This document shows, piece by piece, positions 18,213 to 25,693 of a DNA stretch of 38,477 nt; within the stretch, counting starts at the first letter, position 1; each line of letters opens with the position of its first letter. A program made the translations under genes and the position numbers. The notes below the pieces were generated by a model that was not told the origin of the DNA, ran no database searches, and was given only the letters and a program-made list of their open reading frames with translations. Origin of the DNA: a virus. Taxonomy: Duplodnaviria > Caudoviricetes. The stretch is from the IMG/VR virus record IMGVR_UViG_3300014202_001562, positions 1 to 38,477 of that record. The stretch is one strand, 5' to 3'.

Positions 18213-18605
18213 TTAGCTGGCCAGGGCGTTGTGGGCCAGCATGATGCCGGTGACAATGTTGTTGCCGTCCTTGTCCGCGGTGGCGCGGAAGAAGGCGATC
18301 TTGTTACTGCCGGCGCTGGTCGTGTATGCCTCGTCGTCGGGATAGTGTCCTGTCACCGTGGGTACGGTAATATAGACAATCTCCCCCTTCGACACGCTGA
18401 GGCCCGCCGGCACCGTGAACTGATACTCGCGGTCATCCACAATCACGGCAACGGTGTCGCCGCTCGCGCCGTCGCCGCCGGCCAGCCCTAGCCAGCCGTC
18501 AGCGTAGACCACCGCCCCCTTGACCACGGCGTAACCCAAATCGACGTTGACGGATTTTCCGTCACTTTCCAGATACGCAACTGAACCGGCTACGGTCGTT
18601 GCCAT
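18213..18605 (-). CDS. Capsid decoration/cement protein (DUF2190-like)
   Basis: 130 aa, G/V/A-rich, SDGKSVNV...GAVV...GLA; RBS AAGGAGG; directly upstream of the capsid gene. Confidence 0.65.
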   Translation of the reverse strand: MATTVAGSVAYLESDGKSVNVDLGYAVVKGAVVYADGWLGLAGGDGASGDTVAVIVDDREYQFTVPAGLSVSKGEIVYITVPTVTGHYPDDEAYTTSAGSNKIAFFRATADKDGNNIVTGIMLAHNALAS

Positions 18606-18637
18606 AAAGAACCTCCTTGGCTATTTAGCCATGAAAT

Positions 18638-18676
18638 GCTGGTAGCTGATAGCTGATGGCTGTTAGCCAGCCGCCA
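18638..18676. repeat. Short heptamer tandem repeat (GCTGNTA type)
   Basis: GCTGGTA GCTGATA GCTGATG GCTGTTA GCCAGCC, intergenic. Confidence 0.7.
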
Positions 18677-18677
18677 A

Positions 18678-19793
18678 TTAGTTGGTGGCCGGAATAGCGA
18701 AATACTTCGGCGTCTTCTGCTGTCCTGCCACCGGCGTGCGCTGGTTCGGCCCCATCGTTTCAATCACGCGGGCCTGGAGTAGCGCTTTCACACTGTCCAA
18801 CTCACTCACCGCCTTGTACGCCGTCTCGGCCTCAGCTACCGTCTGCGGGTTGCGGGCGGTAATGAGTTCGGTCACCAGCGGCTGCACAGACTCCAGCTTG
18901 ATGCCGTCCTTGACCAACTCGGTAATGCGGCTGGTGACAGCGGCCTTAGCCTGCTCCGCTTGTACCCGCTTCATCTCAGCAATGGCGCCGGCCACATCCG
19001 CCTTGGCGTCCAGGCCCAGTGTCTCGCGAATCGTGGCCACCACCGCCACTTCCGGCGGGGTGGCGACAGTGGCGATCACCGCCTGACGCACCGGCTCCGG
19101 GAGCAGGCGGGCATCGTCGGCGGTCATTTCGTTGATTAGTTGCAGTTTGTCCACAGTTCTTTCCTCCGTGGGTAATTCAGCCGGTGAAACCGGCGACTGC
19201 GGCTGTTGAAATTCAGTCGTCAACACCGGCACCGCCGCCAATGCCGGGATGCCGGCCCGATCGGCCGGCGCAATGTCGATCTGCGCCAGCTTCAGCGTGT
19301 CGGCTTGCATCCGATAGGCGCGTAGGGACTCGTCCCAAACGCCATGCGCAAACGCATCAATGGAGGTGGCAATCGATTTGCCTTGGGCCTTGTAGCGCCG
19401 GATGCGGTCTCGCACCGGCCCCGGGGGGATATACCCTTTGCCCCAGAGCGTATCCTGCCCGCGCACGGCGCCCACCCAGTGGATGGCTTCGGGCGGGAAC
19501 TCGGTGGCCCGCTGCGCGTCGCTCAAGTGGCCCATCAGGCCAATCGGCTTGTTGGCCAGGGTCTGGCGCTCCAGCTCCTGAAGCCAGGCATCGTCATAGT
19601 AGCGTTGGTTGCCGCTGGTGACGCCGGCCTTGCCAATGGGGATGGTGAGGAAGACCGGCTCCGCATCGCCGGCGATCAGGGCTGCATAATCAACGTCAGC
19701 GGCAATCGGCACGTTGGGGTAGCTGCCGCGCAGTTCCGAGATAATTGTGATGTCCGTAAACTGACCACTAATTTCTTTGACTGGATTCCCCAT
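18678..19793 (-). CDS. Prohead protease/scaffold protein
   Basis: Position before decoration and capsid genes; N-terminal GVTSGNQRYY...GLMGH...SID...IDIAPADRAG, C-terminal helical scaffold-like region. Confidence 0.7.
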   Translation of the reverse strand: MGNPVKEISGQFTDITIISELRGSYPNVPIAADVDYAALIAGDAEPVFLTIPIGKAGVTSGNQRYYDDAWLQELERQTLANKPIGLMGHLSDAQRATEFPPEAIHWVGAVRGQDTLWGKGYIPPGPVRDRIRRYKAQGKSIATSIDAFAHGVWDESLRAYRMQADTLKLAQIDIAPADRAGIPALAAVPVLTTEFQQPQSPVSPAELPTEERTVDKLQLINEMTADDARLLPEPVRQAVIATVATPPEVAVVATIRETLGLDAKADVAGAIAEMKRVQAEQAKAAVTSRITELVKDGIKLESVQPLVTELITARNPQTVAEAETAYKAVSELDSVKALLQARVIETMGPNQRTPVAGQQKTPKYFAIPATN

Positions 19794-19983
19794 GTTCCCC
19801 TCTTCCCCCGGCAACCCGGTATTCTGCCGCCGTCACCCCATGCAACCGCAGCAGCGCCGGCCCCACCGTCCGGGCGTCCACCTCGCGGTCTACGTCGCCG
19901 GCCTTGTGGCCTCTGCTCTTGGGATAGGCTTTGATGGCGGTCTTGGTCTTCTGGCCACGCTTGGCCGGCTGCTGTTTAGCCAT
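19768..19983 (-). CDS. Small basic hypothetical protein
   Basis: Overlaps both neighbours in the operon; K/R-rich N-terminus. Confidence 0.55.
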   Translation of the reverse strand: MAKQQPAKRGQKTKTAIKAYPKSRGHKAGDVDREVDARTVGPALLRLHGVTAAEYRVAGGRGEHGESSQRN

Positions 19984-20200
19984 CGGTCACATCCTCTACG
20001 AACAAATAGCGATCATCTTCGGCCAATGCGTCCAGTACGGCGTCGCTCGACGATACCAATACCAGGCACGTCGGCGCCTGCGGCACCTGGTCGACACACG
20101 ACCACCCGTAGCCATCCACCGGCGGATTGCCCACCAGTTGGGCAATGTCCAGGTCTGGGCCCCCTTCGGTAAATGGGACTACAAAAATTGCTTTGGCCAT
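19976..20200 (-). CDS. Small acidic hypothetical protein
   Basis: Coupled start/stop overlaps on both sides. Confidence 0.65.
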   Translation of the reverse strand: MAKAIFVVPFTEGGPDLDIAQLVGNPPVDGYGWSCVDQVPQAPTCLVLVSSSDAVLDALAEDDRYLFVEDVTDG

Positions 20201-21450
20201 TAGAAGTCATCCAGTGCGGCATGCTCGCTGTCAGATCCACATGCGAGAATGAGCAAGTTGTCAAAAGTATTGCCTACATCCGTGGTATACAGACCTTGCC
20301 TTGATCCGCCAGCTAACCCAGCGTCACTGATGGTTTGCACAGACCCAATCAGTATGGAGTTGTATATTAGCCGGAATTCATTCCCGTAACACATGATGCG
20401 AATCTGGGCGCCGACAACGTATGTTGCAGCGCTATTGATTAGAGTGGTCTCCGACCCATCTACCCGTTTTATCAACTGTGCATTAGTTCCATTATGCACG
20501 GCGTAGACATAGTTGTCGGTATCCGCATAGCGAACAACAACCCCACCAACTCCACCAACCCTAATCGCCTCGGCAGAAATGATTACATCTGCCGCGCCAG
20601 TGTCTACGGTTGCAATTGCCACATCTCCGTCTAGCGAACTGGCCTGTGCCACGCCCGACGCCCCCCACGTGCCGACGTTGTCTGCCCACGCCTTCCCGTT
20701 GCCGCCGGATCCGATAGTACCCTCGACGCCCTCTTGATGCCCTAGCCCATCCGACGTTCCCCATACACCAAAGCCGTCGCTGGCGAGCGGAGCCGGCATC
20801 CATTTCGCACTGGGGATGCGAAAACCGCGCACATCCATCGTCGTACTTCCGCGCGACCCAAATGACGGAAACAACGCCTGTCCGCTGGTTCCGTAGCTGA
20901 ATGAGTGAGCGAGAAGTCGCCAGATCTCCGTTACGTCGTTCCATATAAAGAAAAAATAGCCGGGCATCCGCTGGATCATGCAGATCCGGTAGAGCACTCC
21001 CGTCGAGTAGGAGGCGACGTTTACCGATGCGGACAAGAGCGCGGTGACTATGCCACCACTGATGAACGTCATGATGTTAGCAACATTGTTCGCATTGTTG
21101 CCGACCCCAAATCCAACGTCGAGACTGGTTGACCCAGGCACAATTTCAGCGATAAAAATCCGTCCGCGCTCGACAGCTACGCGTTCGTATCCTACCCTCG
21201 GATCGTTGGACGCCCCAGATGCGCAAATTGCCGCTCCTCCAGACAGAGAGAGTACGTTGCTGTTGTCCTTGACCGTCCGCCGCCCCGGCCCCGGCTCGGC
21301 ATCCGTGCCGTTGACGCTGCCGGCGGCGAGGTCGGTGGTGAAGGTGTCGTTGACCAAATAATAGGGCGGGCCCAAAAAGCGCGGCAGGCTGCCCACCGCG
21401 CCCCCTTGCCCGTGGCCCAGCGGCGCCTGGCCCAAGAGTACCTGTCTCAT
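20200..21450 (-). CDS. Beta-rich putative virion accessory protein (lectin/ConA-like folds suspected)
   Basis: 416 aa, G/S/V/T-rich; GVVVRYADTDNYVY...LIKRVDG pattern; visibly more AT-rich than its flanks. Confidence 0.6.
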   Translation of the reverse strand: MRQVLLGQAPLGHGQGGAVGSLPRFLGPPYYLVNDTFTTDLAAGSVNGTDAEPGPGRRTVKDNSNVLSLSGGAAICASGASNDPRVGYERVAVERGRIFIAEIVPGSTSLDVGFGVGNNANNVANIMTFISGGIVTALLSASVNVASYSTGVLYRICMIQRMPGYFFFIWNDVTEIWRLLAHSFSYGTSGQALFPSFGSRGSTTMDVRGFRIPSAKWMPAPLASDGFGVWGTSDGLGHQEGVEGTIGSGGNGKAWADNVGTWGASGVAQASSLDGDVAIATVDTGAADVIISAEAIRVGGVGGVVVRYADTDNYVYAVHNGTNAQLIKRVDGSETTLINSAATYVVGAQIRIMCYGNEFRLIYNSILIGSVQTISDAGLAGGSRQGLYTTDVGNTFDNLLILACGSDSEHAALDDF

Positions 21451-21824
21451 CAGTCCACGATCCCCCAGCAGACTTTGTCGCCGTTGCTGTCGGCGTCAAA
21501 CCAGTACTGGTTGAGGTTTCCGCGCAGCACGACGCCTTCGCCGGGATCTAAGGGAAATCCATTGCTGCTGGTGACATCGCCGGCGCCATCGTTTCCCCAC
21601 CAGACCGTGCCCGCATTGTCGGGGTGGGCTTTTACGGCCACGCGTACCGCCGTCGGCGTGGCCGTGCCTTGCACCGCCGTCCCTGCGGTGGTGATGGTAA
21701 GCTGCCCGCTCAAAACAGTATCGGATGCAAAGGCGTCCGGCGCGGCGTTGCCGGCCAGCACGGTGTACACCACCTTGGGCGGCGCCTCTTCACCCAGGAC
21801 GCCCACTGCGTTCATAATCGACAT
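21450..21824 (-). CDS. Small beta-sandwich phage protein
   Basis: VKAHPDNAGTVWWG...VTSSNGFPLDPGE pattern; RBS GGAGGGGAG. Confidence 0.65.
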   Translation of the reverse strand: MSIMNAVGVLGEEAPPKVVYTVLAGNAAPDAFASDTVLSGQLTITTAGTAVQGTATPTAVRVAVKAHPDNAGTVWWGNDGAGDVTSSNGFPLDPGEGVVLRGNLNQYWFDADSNGDKVCWGIVD

Positions 21825-21827
21825 GCG

Positions 21828-22061
21828 TTACTCCCCTCCTTCCATTACGTCATCTTCCCCGGAAACGAGCAGAGGGCCAACCTTCGAGTCATCGTCTACC
21901 AGATATTCCGCAAAGAACAACGCATCCGACCCCGTAGCCTCGCCGCCTTCAATGTAGGCCAATTCCTCGGCAGCTTTGCCTGTTGGCGGAAACCACACTG
22001 CCATCCGCTGGCGTATCCGGTTGAGTCGCCGTTCTCTTTCCGTGGTCTTTTCGTTCATCAT
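21828..22061 (-). CDS. Small hypothetical protein coupled to MuF (candidate immunity protein)
   Basis: ATGA overlap with the MuF stop; acidic C-terminal half. Confidence 0.55.
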   Translation of the reverse strand: MMNEKTTERERRLNRIRQRMAVWFPPTGKAAEELAYIEGGEATGSDALFFAEYLVDDDSKVGPLLVSGEDDVMEGGE

Positions 22062-25000
22062 TGCCCTCTCCTGCGCGTCAGATCGAAATAGCCTTCCCAG
22101 CTACCATGCCCGTAAGGCTCTTGATCTAACATGAACGCCTTTCCTAGCGGCAGCACCATGTCGTCGGGAACGCTTATATTGGTAATTTCCCTACCGGTCA
22201 ATGTGTACCGCGGGTGCCGATACGTCGCCACGTCGAATGCTCGCTCAAATAGGGGAAACTCATCCGGCGCAAGGTTCAATCCGCGCCTGGTAACCCACTG
22301 CCGAAAGCGTCCGGTGATCTCCCGTGCAAAATCGGGGTCAGCATACTCGGCCCCCTCTTTTGCCCAGGCATAGCGGCCCACGCTTAAGCCGGCGTACAGT
22401 TCGGCCCGTTCGTAGTTGGCATCAGTCAGAGCGTCGTACCAGCCGCGGGCGACCCGCATTCCCAGTCCCTGGTTGAGATATTTCTCATCGAACGCTAGTT
22501 CGTGCATCTCAGCGCGCCGGTCGTCTGGATACAGGCTGCGCACGACGGTGCCGATGGTATCGCCAGTTGTCTTGTCAAACCAGCCGCCAGAGATAGCGAT
22601 CCCGTCCTGCCCTAAATCCTCAATCAGCACGTTTGCCCGCGCATCCGGCCCAATGTCGAACAGTCGGACTAGTCGCTCCTGGCTAATCCCGGCCCGGCGC
22701 AGAGCGGCTGGTTCGCCGCGGATCGTGACCTCTGTCTGCCGCGCTCTCTCTGCCTGCAAAGCCGCCTGCCGCGCCTGGTAGCGCTCCCACTCGATCCAGT
22801 CTTCTTTCTCCTGGCGCAGCCGCTCCGCTTCCGCTGCCTGCTGTACCTGATCTACCGTCCGCTGCACATCCCCTGTCAACACCTCGCCGGCCAGTCGCTC
22901 TGGGTTGAGCGCCCCCCGCAGCGCATTCGCGGCCGGGGCCCGCTCGTCAATCGCCTGGCGTAGCATGGCGGTGACCGCGGCCGGGCTGGGGACGGGTACA
23001 GCGCGTAGCCTGCAAAGACAGTTGTGAACACAAGCGCCGTTGACGGTATAGCTCTCATCTTCTGCCACAGTCATGTTATACACGTTGCCAGCATATTGAT
23101 ATGACTCAACCGCCAAAATCGTGCTATACTGGGATAGGGCTTGAGAGGGATTAGCTACCCCTCTGACAACTGGGTTTCCTGGCTCAGCGCCCCACCAACT
23201 TTCAGGAGATAGTGACAGGAGACTATTATGGTTACATGCCCCATCTGTGGCGTATCCCTGCCCAATTTCAGCGGACACGGCAAGCACCACGGGATCGACA
23301 CATCTGTCCTTCACGCCTTGCGCCTTGAGGCCGACTATGGCCGCCCCATCGCTGACTTGCTGACTGAAATCTATGTTGTAAAGCGATTGGCGTCCACTCA
23401 AATTTTTGCCCAATACGGCATCACCTTCCGTATGCTGCGTCGTCTGTTGGCTGCCCATAGTATCCCCATGCGCGATAGGAGCGAGGCAGTCACTGCTACT
23501 TGGGAGAAAGACGACGGGGCACGAAGCCAGGCTACCTCCGAAAAACTGAAAGAGACCAGGGCTGCACTCAATTTCGTTGGCGACAATCACCCCAACAAGC
23601 GCCCCGAAGTCAGACGCAAGATTTCCGAAGCCAAGCGCCGAAGCAACCCCGGTCTCGATCTCATGCAAGCGCACGTCCGCCGCGCCCACGAAGAAAACAC
23701 CATCATCATCACTTGCAAAAACTGTGGGGAACCGTTTGAAGTCAAGCAGAGTCGTGATTTTCAGATGTTCTGTTCTATGAAATGCTGCCTGCTTCACCGC
23801 GGCCCCACGAGCATCGAAACCACCATGTCGGAAGCCCTCACCCAAGCCAACATCCAAGCCACAGAGCAACACCGGCTCGGTAAATACATCCTCGATTTCG
23901 CCCTGGTCAAGTACCAGATCGCTATCGAGTGCGACGGCATCCATTGGCATGACGCCGACCGGGACGCGCTGCGTGATGCCATTTTGGCAAGCAAGGGTTG
24001 GCTCACCTTCCGCTATACGGATACCCAAATCGAAACCGACATTGACGCCTGCATACAAGACCTCATCACCCGGCTGAACGAATTGGGCATCGACCCAACC
24101 GCTACGCAGTAAAACAGGATGGTTGCCGGTCACTTCAAACTCCCCTTGCTCTGTCCTGACACGGTAAACCGTTCCCACAAAGGGCGTTGCCCAGGCGGCT
24201 AGCACTTGCCGGTAGCGCCCTTTGTGTGTCCATACCTGATCTCCGGCGACGACTTGCTCAATCGGAATGTGTCCACGCTCTGTGTTCACCAGTTGCCCCG
24301 GCGTCACGCAGTTGATGTGGTCAGGATACGGAGGCAATTCTGTCAGCGGGTACACCCCGTCTCCGTTGGGACCGCCACGCGCCCGCATATCGCAGCGGTC
24401 CGGCTTGGGGTGCGCCGGGTCCAACAGCCACTGCGCCCCCCTCACAAACGGGTTGATGGCGCTGCCCCCGGCCACTGCATCCCCGCCCGCCCTGACCATT
24501 TCATGTTGCACCAACACCCGCGGCGCCACTGCCCCCTGATTGCCGTAGGTCGTGTTACCGCGCTCACCGGTCGTTAGAAAATCCTCGACCTTGGTCGCCA
24601 TCGTCGGCGCCGGCGTTCCACTGCCAATGTGATAGTCCACGAAGCGCGCCACCCGACTGCGCACCTCAATCGCCACCCGCTGAATACGCTCAACGAGGCG
24701 AAAGCCGCGCGGGTCAAGCCACTGCGTGAATGCACCCGGAGGGTTCCCGACACTCATTTCCTGTACAGGCCGGCGCACCTGGCCAGGCCGCAACAACCAA
24801 TCCGTAACCACCGGGTCACTGGATAGCCGGCGCACAAGCGCCGCTTGTCGCTCGGCTTCCAGTTGAATCATGCTGCGTACCCCGTCGTAGAGTAGTTGGG
24901 CGTAGGGGGACAGAGGCCGCGTTCCGGCAAAGGGTTCCTCGCCGCCGCCCACATAGTAGGGCTTGAGCACCTGCGCATAAATGGCCGCCATCAGCCCATC

Positions 25001-25171
25001 TCGCGTCGACCGGCGGTTGGGGATGATGCGCTCGCCCGTCTCACTGCGTCCCGTCGCTGCTTGCAGGAAGAGGCGGCCAATCGCGCCCGCCAGGGCGCGG
25101 TGCTCTTCAAGCAGACGCTGCCCGGTAGAGCGCAGCACCTGCCGGCGGCGAGTCAGGAGCGTGACGGCCAT
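22058..25171 (-). CDS. Minor head protein (MuF / SPP1 gp7-like) with intein and C-terminal GNAT-like domain
   Basis: Two small genes downstream of portal; QWLL...H...DRCD...G.GVYP...PPYPDHIN|intein|CLC rebuilds the MuF PxHxNCxC motif; start 25171 overlaps the upstream stop. Confidence 0.85.
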   Translation of the reverse strand: MAVTLLTRRRQVLRSTGQRLLEEHRALAGAIGRLFLQAATGRSETGERIIPNRRSTRDGLMAAIYAQVLKPYYVGGGEEPFAGTRPLSPYAQLLYDGVRSMIQLEAERQAALVRRLSSDPVVTDWLLRPGQVRRPVQEMSVGNPPGAFTQWLDPRGFRLVERIQRVAIEVRSRVARFVDYHIGSGTPAPTMATKVEDFLTTGERGNTTYGNQGAVAPRVLVQHEMVRAGGDAVAGGSAINPFVRGAQWLLDPAHPKPDRCDMRARGGPNGDGVYPLTELPPYPDHINCVTPGQLVNTERGHIPIEQVVAGDQVWTHKGRYRQVLAAWATPFVGTVYRVRTEQGEFEVTGNHPVLLRSGWVDAQFVQPGDEVLYAGVNVGFDLGIRIAEGEPTLACQNGITQRVPVGVMPMDAVALDSDLVLDQGEIEDVFTEPVLLCGLDVGLGEGFRHGGFDARGAAVKQAAFHRTEHLKITTLLDFKRFPTVFASDDDGVFFVGAADVRLHEIETGVASALGFGNLASDFGALVGVIVANEIECSPGLFQFFGGSLASCPVVFLPSSSDCLAPIAHGDTMGSQQTTQHTEGDAVLGKNLSGRQSLYNIDFSQQVSDGAAIVGLKAQGVKDRCVDPVVLAVSAEIGQGYATDGACNHNSLLSLSPESWWGAEPGNPVVRGVANPSQALSQYSTILAVESYQYAGNVYNMTVAEDESYTVNGACVHNCLCRLRAVPVPSPAAVTAMLRQAIDERAPAANALRGALNPERLAGEVLTGDVQRTVDQVQQAAEAERLRQEKEDWIEWERYQARQAALQAERARQTEVTIRGEPAALRRAGISQERLVRLFDIGPDARANVLIEDLGQDGIAISGGWFDKTTGDTIGTVVRSLYPDDRRAEMHELAFDEKYLNQGLGMRVARGWYDALTDANYERAELYAGLSVGRYAWAKEGAEYADPDFAREITGRFRQWVTRRGLNLAPDEFPLFERAFDVATYRHPRYTLTGREITNISVPDDMVLPLGKAFMLDQEPYGHGSWEGYFDLTRRRGQ
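23101..23130 (+). promoter_or_regulatory. Putative promoter for the nested antisense endonuclease
   Basis: Extended -10 TGCTATACT (23122-23130), ATGACT at 23101-23106; about 100 nt upstream of ATG 23228. Confidence 0.55.
23228..24112 (+). CDS. Putative homing endonuclease (Zn-finger, HTH, NUMOD3-like, DUF559/Vsr-like nuclease) nested antisense in the intein
   Basis: RBS CAGGAGA at 23216-23222; CPICG...H..HH; GDNHPNKRPEVRRKISEA; CKNCG..F...FCSMKC; PTSIE...KYILDF...IAIECDGIHWH...RDAILASKGWLTFRY. Confidence 0.9.
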   Translation: MVTCPICGVSLPNFSGHGKHHGIDTSVLHALRLEADYGRPIADLLTEIYVVKRLASTQIFAQYGITFRMLRRLLAAHSIPMRDRSEAVTATWEKDDGARSQATSEKLKETRAALNFVGDNHPNKRPEVRRKISEAKRRSNPGLDLMQAHVRRAHEENTIIITCKNCGEPFEVKQSRDFQMFCSMKCCLLHRGPTSIETTMSEALTQANIQATEQHRLGKYILDFALVKYQIAIECDGIHWHDADRDALRDAILASKGWLTFRYTDTQIETDIDACIQDLITRLNELGIDPTATQ

Positions 25172-25431
25172 TACTCTTCTATAGCCTCGTAGGTCGCAGC
25201 AAAAATATCGGGCTTGCAAGGATAGTGATGTAGGCCATCCGGCTCCGTAATTACCCAGTCACCATTTTGCAAATAGACACGCTGCTGATGAATGGTCATC
25301 ACGTAGGCATTCCCTATCCAGGTTTTTCCATCGCTAGACTTCCTTGGGTAAAACACCCCAGGGACGGAAGGCCCATCGTAAAAGAACTGCATTGCCTCGA
25401 CCACGACGGGCCGCTTTTGGTACTTAGCCAC
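25171..25431 (-). CDS. Conserved small phage protein (PGDYG-like)
   Basis: KYQKRPVVVEAMQF...GDWVITEPDG..YPCKPDIFAATYE is a widespread phage protein pattern. Confidence 0.8.
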   Translation of the reverse strand: MAKYQKRPVVVEAMQFFYDGPSVPGVFYPRKSSDGKTWIGNAYVMTIHQQRVYLQNGDWVITEPDGLHHYPCKPDIFAATYEAIEE

Positions 25432-25693
25432 TGAGCGCCTCCAGCACCGTCTTACGGTTGGCGTGCGCTGCCTCGTAGGTGTGGAGCGCCTGGCGTTGCC
25501 ATGGCTCCAAACTCGCCACCCGGTCCACAATCTCCTTGGCGGTGTAGGTGTCGTAATCGAGCGCGGCCGCCACGGCGTCCGGATTGACGGGGGTCTCCTC
25601 GATCTCGCTTTCCAGCGCCGGCGGCTGTTTCAGCAACGCCAACACTTCGTCCAACTTTGCTTCGATCCGGGCCAGTACTTTAGGCAAGGCCAT
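25424..25693 (-). CDS. Hypothetical protein with small helical YE...NRKTVL domain
   Basis: RBS GAGGAGG; YDTYTAKEI...YEAAHANRKTVLEAL. Confidence 0.7.
   Translation of the reverse strand: MALPKVLARIEAKLDEVLALLKQPPALESEIEETPVNPDAVAAALDYDTYTAKEIVDRVASLEPWQRQALHTYEAAHANRKTVLEALSG

Larger units (their letters stand above)
23021..24310 (-). mobile_element. Intein (430 aa) in the MuF gene
   Basis: Block A CVTPGQLVNT, block B VTGNHPVL, GW..A..VQPGD; block F VYNMTVAEDESY, block G NGACVHN followed by Cys+1. Confidence 0.93.

Noticed and set aside
23130-24060. LAGLIDADG or HNH domain in the intein reading frame
   Set aside because: No such motifs seen; the segment is explained as the antisense translation of the + strand nuclease.
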